A stretch of 64,000 nucleotides of DNA from Nemertoderma westbladi (Eukaryota > Animalia > Xenacoelomorpha). Each line of letters starts with the position of its first letter. Within the stretch, counting starts at the first letter, position 1. Made by a program: the position numbers and the translations under genes. This document shows, piece after piece, positions 47,236-58,160 of the stretch. The stretch is taken from positions 1-64,000 of the forward strand of contig JAUCBJ010007886.1 of the NCBI GenBank assembly GCA_032718475.1, read 5' to 3'. The notes under the pieces were generated by a model. The model was not told the DNA's origin. It ran no database searches and saw only the letters and a list, made by a program, of their open reading frames with translations.

Positions 47236-48894
47236 CTATCTGTTCCTCTGGGGATAGTTCCCCCTGGCGTCCTCTTCCCTGGGTCGTTTCTTCGTTACCA
47301 CCGTTCCTCTGGGATCCGCTTTCTGCTTTCGGACCTTCGCCGCCACCTCCCTGCTGATCCCGGTTGTCGGCTCCTTGGGCGCTGGTGTTATTAGTGCCCG
47401 ATATCGCTTCGCTGGTGGCCCCTCAGAGTGGCCCGGTTGTCTCCCTCTGGTGGCGTCCCATAGGATCATCTTCATTGCTTGTGGTACGTGCTCCGCCAAG
47501 AAATCCCTAAACTCCCTTCGGTTCTGTGGCGTCCACCTGTCCAAATATCTTTGTGTGTTCATCACTCCGGCGTACGACGCCGCCGTTGCTACCTCTTGGT
47601 AGGTAAACGGTAGCCTCCGCTTTATGATTTCCATGTGAGTCTCCTGATTGATAAGGAAGAAACCCCACTTGAACTCCTGGGCCTTCATGCGCTGGCGCGT
47701 CATGGCCCCGACGTCGGCCCACTCCTCCAATCTTGCGAACTTCTCCTCGTCGTCCATCCAGTCGCACTGGCGTCCGTAGTGTCCCCGAAAGTGGCACTTT
47801 GGACATCGGTTATGCAACCGTGGACACGCCCCCATCCTGTGGCTTGGCTCTCGGCAGTAGAGACAAAAGGTTCCCTTCTGGAACCGGTACAAGCAGCTCC
47901 TTTCCTGGTGGGTCTGTCTCCCACAGTAGTCGCAGCCGAGTACCAATGTCTCCCGTCCCACCTCGTCTTTCGTCCCAAGCGATCTCCGCGGTCTGTGGAG
48001 TCGCTGGTAGGCGAATTTCTCTACGTTGGTCTCCCTGTCTACGTCGATCTCTCCGCCCCTCTCGGGCATCGTCTCCCCGAATACTATCCGTGGTGCCGTC
48101 CCCGGTTGCTCGCCCAACCTGATGGTGCTCCCCGCGAAATCCATCGTCGGCTCCTCGTGCACCCAGGTCCGCTTGCCGGATCTGTTCCAGAAGGCCCTCG
48201 CCCCACTGGCCATCACCACCCTCCCGCCAACCCAGTCCGTGTCCGAGTGGCCTATCCTCTTGATGGGCGGCATCTCTCCGAACTCGTCGTCGTCCTCCTC
48301 CTCTGGCAGTGACTCCAACCCCGGTATCCCGATGGATCCACTATGTCCCTTCCCGCCTTGGCTCCCGCCCGTAGCTCTCCATCCCTCTAACTCCCTTAAC
48401 TTCCTTGGCGGCTGGTCGCCTTCGGCGCCCGCTGGTATGGGCATCGCTTGCAACCCCGACGTCGACTGTCTCAGCGATCCCACCGTCCATCCCAGTTCTC
48501 GCCCTAGAGACTCCCCCGAACTCCCTGACGAAGTCCAATGAAGCTCGTCTAAGCCTGCCTGTTCCCCGAAGCCGTAACTCTGTGTCCTGGCCTCCTCTTC
48601 CCTCTCCTCTGCTTCTATCCTCTCCCGTCTGGCGACTTCTTCCAGTCGCTTTGCTTCTCGTCTATCCGTTTCTAGCTGCTCCCATCTCTGATACGGCATA
48701 TCTGTCTCCCCGTCTACCAGATGTCGGCTGTTGTAGTACACTGACTCGCCCTTCAGCCCCGGGTGGTCTACCAGACCGTCGAAGGCCGTTTTAAAGGCTC
48801 TCCTGTAGCTTAGGGGTGATCCCGATAACAGAAATGCCCCTGGTTCCCTCTCGATGACCACGGTCATAAATAAGTTAAGCAAACTTATCATCAT
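47236..48894 (-). CDS. Accessory ORF of BEL element 1 (zinc-knuckle protein); 3' part of a longer disrupted gene starting ~49778
   Basis: Three CX2CX4HX4C knuckles, E/R-rich coil, acidic linker and basic tail. In frame with 48916-49425 across a single TGA. Confidence 0.75.
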   Translation of the reverse strand: MMISLLNLFMTVVIEREPGAFLLSGSPLSYRRAFKTAFDGLVDHPGLKGESVYYNSRHLVDGETDMPYQRWEQLETDRREAKRLEEVARRERIEAEEREEEARTQSYGFGEQAGLDELHWTSSGSSGESLGRELGWTVGSLRQSTSGLQAMPIPAGAEGDQPPRKLRELEGWRATGGSQGGKGHSGSIGIPGLESLPEEEDDDEFGEMPPIKRIGHSDTDWVGGRVVMASGARAFWNRSGKRTWVHEEPTMDFAGSTIRLGEQPGTAPRIVFGETMPERGGEIDVDRETNVEKFAYQRLHRPRRSLGTKDEVGRETLVLGCDYCGRQTHQERSCLYRFQKGTFCLYCREPSHRMGACPRLHNRCPKCHFRGHYGRQCDWMDDEEKFARLEEWADVGAMTRQRMKAQEFKWGFFLINQETHMEIIKRRLPFTYQEVATAASYAGVMNTQRYLDRWTPQNRREFRDFLAEHVPQAMKMILWDATRGRQPGHSEGPPAKRYRALITPAPKEPTTGISREVAAKVRKQKADPRGTVVTKKRPREEDARGNYPQRNR

Positions 48895-49778
48895 CCAATC
48901 TTCCTGCAGGATATATCACTTCTGATATACCTTTATCGCTCCTCTGCGGAATTGATATATCTCTTGCTTTCCCGGTCTCGCTCCCCACTTTAGCGAGTTC
49001 GCTAGTTCTGCTCCGTATTCTTCCCTGAACTTCCCCCAGTCCATTGGTTTGTGGCATACGAGCCCCAATAGCTGGCCCATTGCCACCGCCCCGCATTGGC
49101 CTGTGTTTTCGATTACCCCCAACCCATCCGGTGCCGTCATAGCCATAAAGACCTTCTGCATATCCAGGAGGTTGGTGGCGTCCGGACCGATGATTCTCTC
49201 CGCATCCTCGCGAATCGCCGATCCCACTTTCGTCGTCGACTTCTCTCTTACTAAGACTTGTACCGCTTTCGGTAACCGGTTTAATTTCGGCCCGTCCTTC
49301 TTCCCATACGTCCCTAGGTCGAATAAGAAGATGTCCCATTTGGCGCGGCCAAATGTAGGAGTATGGTCCTGGCCGACCCTGCCGTTCCTCGTCTCGAACC
49401 CGCTTCGTCTTCCACGGTTCCCTCGTCATCTAGGATCATATATCCCCCTCTGTTGACGGACTCTATGAATCTCTTCCAGTCCTTCCTCGGTGATTCCCTC
49501 GGGTACTTCGGAATCCCGAACTTCGCCTCGTCCCCTTTTACCACATAGTGGAAGTGTTGGAAGATCGCGTTGTCCAGCGACGGCGTCCCATAGGTCCCGA
49601 CCAGCCGCTGTTCGTGCATCTCCCTGAAGTGATCCTGCAGCGCTCGCGCCGCGTGACCCCTTTCCAACCTCTCGTAGTATCCTCTCGTCTTCTCTTCCGG
49701 ATGCCTCTCGGTGAAATCCACCAGTATCTCCTTTCCTCCTGACTCCGCCTTTCTCTTCCTGATCAACTTGCTCGCCAT
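48895..49778 (-). pseudogene. N-terminal part of the BEL 1 accessory gene (frameshift ~49420, stop at 48916-48918)
   Basis: The MASKLIRKRK... frame (49778-49314) overlaps an open frame 49425-48919 that continues *YILQEDW into the 552-aa ORF. Confidence 0.5.
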
Positions 49779-50261
49779 TCCGAACACTCACTCGCTCACC
49801 TGCAAGGTGGTGCCTTACCAAGGCGCAATACAGATGAGTGATGTATCTAGGATGTTCTGTACGGTTCGATAATGGCCTATTTCTTACTTAACTGCGCCTT
49901 TTAGCCTAAATTATTACTAATTAATTCTGAAGCTAGTAAATGAGCGTAATTTACGATTTCTGTCCGTTACTTTTATTATGTTCTAGAATAACTTTCCTTG
50001 TGTTGCCATTATTTGTAACTTTCAGCCCTATTCTATTTATTTATCTATTTAATTTTGATTCTACTGTCCTACTACTTACTACTGCCTATGGATTATTCTA
50101 TTCTCTAATCCACATTCTGGCCTACTCTGTGGGCCTATGCAGTACAGCAGTATGCGTCGTGTGGCCACACGATTTACCCAGCTGTACTCATATGCCCCCC
50201 TCTCGCTACTAACTGCTAACTAATATCTATATCTTATATACCCCTTTTACCTCTTACTCTC

Positions 50262-51030
50262 TCTCTTCTAACTAACGGTACTACGTACCCTCTAACTCTA
50301 ATTCTAACTAACTAACGGTACTACGTACCCTCTAACTCTCCTCTAACTAACGGTACTACGTACCCTCTAACTCTTCTCTAACTAACTAACGGTACTTACG
50401 TACCCTCTAACTCTCTAACTAACTAGCGGTACTACGTACCCTCTAACTCTAACTAACTAGCGGTACTTACGTACCCTCTAACTCTCTAACTAACTAGCGG
50501 TACTTACGTACCCTCTAACTCTCTAACTAACTAGCGGTACTACGTACCCTCTAACTCTAACTAACTAGCGGTACTTGCGTACCCTCTAACTCTCTAACTA
50601 ACAAGCGGTACTTACGTACCCTCTAACTCTCTAACTAATTAGCGGTACTTACGTACCCTCTAACTCTCTAACTAACTAGCGGTACTTACGTACCCTCTAA
50701 CTCTCTAACTAACTAGCGGTACTTGCGTACCCTCTAACTCTCTAACTAACTAGCGGTACTTACGTACCCTCTAACTCTCTAACTAACTAGCGGTACTTGC
50801 GTACCCTCTAACTCTCTAACTAACTAGCGGTACTACGTACCCTCTAACTCTCTAACTAACTAGCGGTACTTACGTACCCTCTAACTCTCTAACTAACTAG
50901 CGGTACTTACGTACCCTCTAACTCTCTAACTAACTAGCGGTACTTGCGTACCCTCTAACTCTCTAACTAACTATCGGTACTACGTACCTCCTAACTAACT
51001 AACTAACTAGGTATTACGTACCTCTTAACT
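50262..51030. repeat. ~37-bp tandem array (~20 units) between pol and the accessory ORF
   Basis: Unit AGCGGTACTTACGTACCCTCTAACTCTCTAACTAACT; shorter variants at the left end. Confidence 0.95.
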
Positions 51031-51175
51031 AACTTCTGCCTACTAACTGCGTACCTACTATGTACTTATTAATTTTATTTTTATTTTCTATTTTTTTGTG
51101 TGGGAAGGGCGTCTCGCCCTCAATCCCACCCCCCTCAGTCCAAATCTTGGACGACTAAACTCTTCTCTAACTCCA

Positions 51176-54100
51176 CTAAGGTGCTCCTTCTAGCAGACAG
51201 CATTTCCCTACAGCTCTCCTGTAGGTTTTTCTGTCCTTTGCACCTATCTTACCACCTATCCGCACTTCTACCGATCGGACTCTTCCGTCCTCGTCGGAGT
51301 AAGTGCCTACAACTCTTGCTAACCGCCATTGGTTGTTGATGATAGTATCATCCGTAACGATTACGAGATCTCCCTCTCTTAACTCCCTATTTGGCTTCCT
51401 CCACTTACTCCTTTTATGGAGTGTGGGTAGGTATTCCTCGACCCACCTCCTCCAGTACTCTGCGCTTATTGCTTTAGCGACTTTCCAACTTTGGCGGGAG
51501 TGTATGTCATCTGGGTCTACACCCCGCATATCGATGGTCGCTGGCCTTTCCATCAGGAAATGGCTAGGCGTCAGCACGTCTAATGACTCAGGGTCATCAT
51601 TCTCCGGATATAGCGGTCTGCTATTAATGATCCCCTCGCACTTCGCAAGTACTCTCCGTAAGACGTCCTCAGTGACCATGTGGGTGTTCATTAGCTTCGT
51701 CATTAGACGCTTTGAACTGCCCACCAGTCTCTCGACGCATCCTAGTGTATGTGGTGCATACGGCGTCCTTCTCTCCCACTTTACTTGTCGTCGTCTCATG
51801 GCCGCCCTGACTTCCTCCCCTTCCAAGATGTCCAAGGCCTCTGCCATCTCACTCTCTGCGCCCACAAAGTTGGTGCCGTTGTCGCTGTATATCACTGCGA
51901 TCGTCCCACCTTTGCGGTCTCTAAACCTTTCTAAGGCATTAATGAATGCTGATGCGGTTGCATCTTGGGCGAGTTCTATCCTTACCGCCCGTGTGTTGTT
52001 GCATACGAAGATAATGCCGTAGCGTTTCTCCGTGTGTCGCATCACTTTGATCTTTATCGGCCCGAACATGTCCACACCGAAATGCGTAAATGGCGGGTCG
52101 TGTTGTCTTACCCTACTCGCCGGTAGTGGCGCCATCTCCTGTACGGCACGCTCCTTCTTCGCTCGTCGGCAGGTCTGGCACTGCCCCACTACCGCTTTTA
52201 CCTTCTTCCTCAGCTGTTTGACCCAATAGGTCCTCCTTATCTCTGTGAGGGTTCGGTTGGTGCCCCCATGTAATATCGATTTGTGGGAGTCCCAGATAAT
52301 CTGGTGGACTATTGGCGATCCTGTGGGAATGATGATGGGTTTCGGTGGTACGACTATGCTGTTGTTGTATCCCACCCTAGAATTCATTACTAGAATCCCG
52401 TCGTCATTGAGTTGTGGCGACAGCGTAATCAGCTCGCTGTCCCGTCGGAGGTGCTGTTGGTTACCGACGCGTTCCACCTCGTCGCCATAGTTCTTTCGTT
52501 GTTCATAGCGGATCACTGCCTTGGCCGCTCCTTCCAAATCTATGGTTGTCCTGATCTTCTTGTCCTTGCCAATTCCCGCAAGGAAATCCCCGAAGGCTCT
52601 CCAGTACGCCACTAGTTTCTTGGTCTTATACCAACTAGAACTGTAGCTGAGGAGTTTATCCGTCGGGTTATCGCACAGTTCTCGTCCTGGTTGCACGTCC
52701 CTAATCTCCCTCACCATCTGGGAGTATATCTCTTCTCCCTCTGAATCTCCCTCTTCTCCCTCTGACACTACTTCTGAGCCCGGGTCCACCTTTCTCATCG
52801 GCGGCCAGGCCTCCTTATCGCTCAGAAATTGTGGCCCATGTTGCCACAATACTTGCTTCTTCAAGAAAGTGTGGCGTACCACGCCCCTCGACAACAAGTC
52901 CGCTGGGTTCTCGTCTGTTGGGCAGTAGTGCCACCTTTCTAGTTCTGTGGTCGCCCTTATTTCGTCCACTCTATTTGCGACGAATATCGGGTATCTCGTC
53001 CTTTCGTTATGTAGCCAACCAAGCACTACCATGGAGTCCGTCCAATAGTGTGTCTCCACTATGTTGGGAATAGTGTCCACTAGGTAGGCTGTGGCTCTAA
53101 CTCCTAGTCTCGCAGCTGTCAATTCTACCTTGGGAACTGATGCTGAATCTGGCGGCGTTGACTTTGCTTTGCTAAAGGCTAGTCTGGGCTTATGAGCCCC
53201 CTTTCGTTGTACTAGATAGAGTGCCGCTCCGTACGCCTCCAACGACGCATCGGAGAACATGTGTAGGTCCAGATTCGTCATGTTCCCATCCGGGAAATAC
53301 ACTCGTGGCATGTTGTATGTTCCCATCTCCTCCAAGTCTCCTGTCCACTTGCTCCACTGTTTCTTGATTTCCTCTGGTACCTCTACGTCCCACTCATCTT
53401 TCAATTTGTATACTCTCTTGAGTATCTGTTTTCCTGTGACTAATAATGGGGATGCTAGGCTTAGGGGATCGTATATCCTTGCTATATACGATACATAGCC
53501 CCTCTTCGTGTGGATGTCTGCGCCCTCCTGGCTCAGCTGATACTTCAGTTCGTCTGTCTCCCTGTTCCACACGATTCCCAATGCTTTCTGTTGAGATTCT
53601 GTTCTCTTATTCGCCATGTCCTGCCCTTTGGCTGTTGTGGGATTGTCCATGGTCGATTCTGGTCTCCTGTCCTCTATCGCCTTAATAAATTCTTCCGAAC
53701 TGGATTGGAATTTGGCCAGGTTAAAGCCGGATCCTTTTAGAATGTCGCGAACCTCGCGCCCTGTGTCCAGTATCTCCTTAACCGTATTTCCAGACTCCAT
53801 TCCGTCGTCTACGTAGAAGCCGCGTCGAATCATATCGACGGCCCTACTGCTGTATCTATCTTCCTTCCCTTTCACTGTGTCTCTCACTGCCATAGTCGTC
53901 GTAAATGAAGACGACTTGGCCCCCATGTTCTGTACTACCATCTTATATGCCGGTATTATCGACGGTTCTTCCTCGCCGTTATACCATAAGAAGCGTTGAC
54001 TGTCGCTATCTTCTTCCGTTACACGGACTTGGTTGAACATGCCTTCTATGTCACACGTGAAGGCGTGTTTCCCATTTCTAAATCTAAGTAACACCTCTAT

Positions 54101-54193
54101 GCCCGAATTGTATATGTTTGGGGCTTCTAACAGGTAGTCGTTTAAGCATTTTCCGTCAGTCTTTGCCGATGCGTCGACTACTGTACGCGCTTT
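51176..54193 (-). CDS. BEL/Pao pol of element 1 (RT, RNase H, integrase), cut within RT by element 2
   Basis: KARTVVDAS..., CDIEGMFNQV, FYVDD, IYDPL, HMFSDAS, YWTDS, NPAD, H...H...C..C, GVDMFGP, SDNGTNF, VERLV and W...YL..L..R.KW motifs. Confidence 0.93.
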   Translation of the reverse strand, partial: KARTVVDASAKTDGKCLNDYLLEAPNIYNSGIEVLLRFRNGKHAFTCDIEGMFNQVRVTEEDSDSQRFLWYNGEEEPSIIPAYKMVVQNMGAKSSSFTTTMAVRDTVKGKEDRYSSRAVDMIRRGFYVDDGMESGNTVKEILDTGREVRDILKGSGFNLAKFQSSSEEFIKAIEDRRPESTMDNPTTAKGQDMANKRTESQQKALGIVWNRETDELKYQLSQEGADIHTKRGYVSYIARIYDPLSLASPLLVTGKQILKRVYKLKDEWDVEVPEEIKKQWSKWTGDLEEMGTYNMPRVYFPDGNMTNLDLHMFSDASLEAYGAALYLVQRKGAHKPRLAFSKAKSTPPDSASVPKVELTAARLGVRATAYLVDTIPNIVETHYWTDSMVVLGWLHNERTRYPIFVANRVDEIRATTELERWHYCPTDENPADLLSRGVVRHTFLKKQVLWQHGPQFLSDKEAWPPMRKVDPGSEVVSEGEEGDSEGEEIYSQMVREIRDVQPGRELCDNPTDKLLSYSSSWYKTKKLVAYWRAFGDFLAGIGKDKKIRTTIDLEGAAKAVIRYEQRKNYGDEVERVGNQQHLRRDSELITLSPQLNDDGILVMNSRVGYNNSIVVPPKPIIIPTGSPIVHQIIWDSHKSILHGGTNRTLTEIRRTYWVKQLRKKVKAVVGQCQTCRRAKKERAVQEMAPLPASRVRQHDPPFTHFGVDMFGPIKIKVMRHTEKRYGIIFVCNNTRAVRIELAQDATASAFINALERFRDRKGGTIAVIYSDNGTNFVGAESEMAEALDILEGEEVRAAMRRRQVKWERRTPYAPHTLGCVERLVGSSKRLMTKLMNTHMVTEDVLRRVLAKCEGIINSRPLYPENDDPESLDVLTPSHFLMERPATIDMRGVDPDDIHSRQSWKVAKAISAEYWRRWVEEYLPTLHKRSKWRKPNRELREGDLVIVTDDTIINNQWRLARVVGTYSDEDGRVRSVEVRIGGKIGAKDRKTYRRAVGKCCLLEGAP

Positions 54194-55378
54194 TGAAGAC
54201 CTTTAGCAGTTTAACCTGCCAAAATTTATATGTCTTTTGGTTTATAAATAGACTTTAGCATATGACAAGTATTTAATACTAATAAACACAACATTAGCCG
54301 AAGCCAGCCTAGTGCGCGTCCATTCACCCGCTGGATATACCCGGGAGACTGGATTCGGAGGGCTTAGATTTTATATTGCAGTGTAAGCTTACTGTATTAT
54401 TCGATTGATCGTTAATAAATAATTTCTGACAAATATTATTCACTTTCGGGAAATATTAACAGTTCCTTTAGGACGTGGCGCTCTATCTAGGTAAACAGAG
54501 ATATGACTTATACTAAACACAACGGTAAGTCGGTAAGGCTTATGATTCACGTATGAGGCGCATTCTTTAGGAAATGCTTAGTTATCAGCCACAATCACGC
54601 ACACTACCGGTAACGCACAATACTGCACAATAATCTGCCGACCATCAATGAATTTTATCATACATAAAGAGAACAGCAATTGACTCATGTAGTGCCTATC
54701 AAATAGCATTAAATCCACTACAAACCACGATAATATAAGTCGCAATCGCTATATGTAACCTGTCTCTCTAACCTGTAGTGTATCAAGAAAATTGGGAAAT
54801 TTGGGTTATTTATCGATGTTCTCCAAATAATAATATTCAACCAACTGATACAAATAATGACAACAGTAAATAGCAGTATAATAATGTATGTTGAACCGGG
54901 TTGTACCGCTGAGTTGTGTTGTGTTGATAACAGTTATACGTTCTATAATCTAAGCCTACTAATGTTTCTTCTAAAGTCTGAAACCAATTGACTCTAGAGC
55001 CGGTGTTCTTGGCCTAGATAGAAACAACAAAACTATAACACAGAAAACAGTAAGACAGTAAACTATAAGACTGAACACTCCTAGCACGATCTGTAGAATA
55101 TCTCCACATCAACAGTAAAAATCGCCCTGATTGGCTGTTAAGCTAAACAAAGAACCATGTGTCCAACGGCCGTTTCCATGCCAGCAACCAGCTGTTAGAT
55201 GTCGTAATCTGAATCATCAAGGCTACACTGTGCTAGAGGATTTGACGCATTGCGGGTTTTATGCCTTGCCATGTCCGCCAAAGCACACATATAGAAGAAT
55301 GACTTTTATGTCCGTTAAAACACCTATAACGGTACTTTGCGGGCAAGGGGACTGATTATATCCGCAAAAGCTTTTACA
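54194..55378 (-). repeat. Putative 3' LTR of BEL element 2 (~1185 bp)
   Basis: Minus strand: purine-rich GGGAGCGG then TGTAAAAG...GGTCTTCA. The inner boundary is inferred because the 5' LTR is not in the window. Confidence 0.6.
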
Positions 55379-55456
55379 CCGCTCCCAGAAAATGGGATTC
55401 AAGTCTATAAATATACAAAAATCACAGTTTCTAATATACGTAAATACTCTAAACAG

Positions 55457-57050
55457 TTAGTCTTTCTTGCGCGGACGGCGTTTACGCAGTTTTTTAAAGC
55501 TGGCCAGAGTCTTTTTCTCTTTGGGGCGAGCCACTTTACAAGGAGGGCTATAACTCCTGGGTGAAGGGTGCAATATGATTGCATCAGAGGGTGTAGGATT
55601 ATGGTCGGTGTATCCGCCAGTCGAAGTGCCGGGTTGATTGACATCAACGTCGGGGGAGAGAGGTCTAACGGCCTTGAGAGCGCGTTTTAGGACGGCCGAT
55701 CTTACGGGTCCTTTACGAGTGGTCTGAACGAGAGCCGTGGGTGGACCATAGGCAGTCAGAAACTTCCTGGGTTTAATGGTTCTTTCCAACTCGCGTTCGC
55801 GGGCTCGGTATTCGTAAGGCCGTCAATATACTTCCTGTAACTCGGGGTGTGAGTTAACAAATAAGTCTCCATAGTCCGGATCCTGACGGATAAAATTGAT
55901 TAGGTTATATGAATGAAGGTCGCTAGGATTAACACTCCTGAGAAATTTGCGTACGAACTTGGTTGAAATACATTCTCCGACGCGCTTCAGTAGTTCGTAA
56001 CTCGATATGCGTGATTTCTGTTCGACAGAAGCGAATAGATAAGGATGGAACGCATAAACTCCTTCGTAAGCGCGTCCAGGATAATAACGATGGCGCGAAT
56101 CACAATGTAAATCAGCGTTCGCTTCCCAAGCTCTGATGTAACGTAGTGTGATCATTTCATCTACGCTTTCCAAATCGTGATTAAAAGGGCAATCGAAACT
56201 GGCGTGTCCCTTTAGTTGACAATGGTGACATTGAGTCATAAATTGAGGGCAAACCGCAAAAATGTGCAAGTTATTGAGTCTACAATATGCACAATAAATT
56301 TCCATCACCGGTTGTTCGTGGAAATAGGAACAGCGGACGTTTGTGTCCTTCAGTTTGTTGGTTGGGTCTAGGGCATTCGTCACAATAACACCAAAGACGT
56401 ACGTCCTGTAGAGGAAACGTGGGTGATCGTTCTCCAGTTTTGCAATATTCTTCCATTTGTTCAAAACTATCCGGGATAACAGGTAGTGGACGATCGGCGG
56501 TAAGATACATCATAGTGAAATAGAGCCGTTTGAGTTCTACCATGGGGTCATGATGTATACCTTGAGGATATAGAGTCTCGAGGTTCTGCTGACTGGCGAT
56601 GTTGAGATAGGTTTCTCCCAAAAATTCCAGGTAGTCGTTGAAGTCGATGCGTTTATCCGGTTCTTCAACGTTTTCTCTTTCCAGTCTGTTACGAATAGAA
56701 TTTTCGTGTTCTATTCTCGGTTTATCGTTACGACTCCGCTGGGTATGATATTTAAATAGAACCATTTCCCTTTCGGTGTCTACATCGTCTGTATCATGCA
56801 AGTCGATAGGATGGCCGGTAGTTAAGAAGTCCATATACGTACCATTACGATGCGTATAGCGAGCGGTGAATTTTCGATAGTCCAATTCATGCGTAAGTTG
56901 CTCTTGGGACATCGGCGGTTCGATATAACGACCATCATCCTCCGTAATGGTTGGATCAGCTTCACCGCGTATCAAGCTATCCACAAATGCTTGTAAAGGT
57001 AGAGTATATCGCTCCCTGATACCAAGATCATCTTCTATCAACTCCGTCAT
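55457..57050 (-). pseudogene. Accessory zinc-knuckle gene of BEL element 2 (~530 aa; frameshift ~56345, stop at 55823-55825)
   Basis: ORFs 56280-57050, 55823-56464 and 55457-55789 join into one frame. Restoring 2 nt gives CDEC...GHTNVRC; then CAYC..H..C and CHHC..GH..C knuckles; basic tail. Confidence 0.7.
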
Positions 57051-57864
57051 ATCTGCTATTTGGGTTTATTAATATTATAAGGAGTTTATGTTTAGGCTAG
57101 CGGGCGTCGCTGCCTACCTCTCGTTGCCCCCGGACAGTGGGATTCTCAGCGCCGATGTACCGTCGTCGCGGTGTTTACACCAACATGTAGCAACAGCACG
57201 ACAACGATAACCGGCACAAGTCACTCCACTGTCCGTCCCAAAGGCTTGAATCCACTTTAGGTTCTTTCTATAGGAGAGTTGGGCTACTTTCACAATTGCG
57301 ACTAGCTACTGTAAACATACTTTAGCAGTAACATTCACCTATAAACGCACAAATTCCACACAACTGTCACCAATTGCACACATACAGGCCATTTGTCCGT
57401 TAGTCAGTGCCTTCCAGAATGTCACGTTATTACTGTGTATCCTTGGATACTAACAGTGTGCTATGTATTCTCTATGCTATGCAATGGGACAAGCTTTCTA
57501 TTGTTCTTTTAACTTGCTTCTAATTCTAGCGTGGGTGTTGCTATGGTGACATTATGGAAAGCTAGCGGTAGAATTAGGGTAATTCTCATGCATACAGATC
57601 TGGAATGCTATTTAATAGTAATTCTTTAATTGTCAATATCCTCTTTATACATGATTTTATTAAATTTTATCGGCTATTGACTATATGTTGGAGATTCTCG
57701 CACTCTAATACATTCAATAGGATGAATCTCCGCTCCCATGATCTATTAATTAATGGAATTTTGGGAATGTTATAAATTGCACAAAATGACAATTTATGAA
57801 ATTCATTTAAGATATGAATTTAAATTTATTCCCGTGAATTTTATTATTTGATGGTAAAATTGAC

Positions 57865-58160
57865 ACAATTTTATTCCAGAGCATGTCTGGGGACCTAGGA
57901 TCCTTAATTCTGTAAAATTGTCTTTTAAGAGTATCGGTAAGTGCTGCGATATCTTAATTGACTAGAAATTTTAAAGGATCTGAATTTTACAGATTTTAAT
58001 AAATATTAAATTAATATTTAAGATGGGCACTGATTTATTCCAGAACTTGTCTGGGGACGTTAACCACTGATTCTAGAATTTGTCTTTCAAGTATATCGGT
58101 GGGTGCCGCGATATCTTAATCGACTAGAATTACAGATGGTCAAAAGGTTTAACAGATTTA
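57865..58160. repeat. Two diverged ~165-bp direct repeats in the BEL 2 pol/accessory spacer
   Basis: TTTATTCCAGA...TGTCTGGGGAC...GTATCGGT/ATATCGGT...GCGATATCTTAAT.GACTAGAA occurs twice. Confidence 0.8.

Larger units (their letters stand above)
46021..54193 (-). mobile_element. BEL/Pao LTR retrotransposon 1 (3' portion; interrupted by element 2)
   Basis: 3' LTR at 46021-46526, PPT, accessory ORF region, and a pol ORF with RT-RNaseH-integrase order and Pao-type motifs. Confidence 0.92.

Noticed and set aside
47236-48894. Accessory ORF as an env gene
   Set aside because: No signal peptide, furin site/fusion peptide or C-terminal TM anchor; the zinc knuckles and basic tail suggest an intracellular protein.
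50262-51030. 37-bp palindromic array as CRISPR or telomeric repeat
   Set aside because: Head-to-tail with no spacers; internal to an LTR element; the CTAA tracts are not a pure telomere motif.
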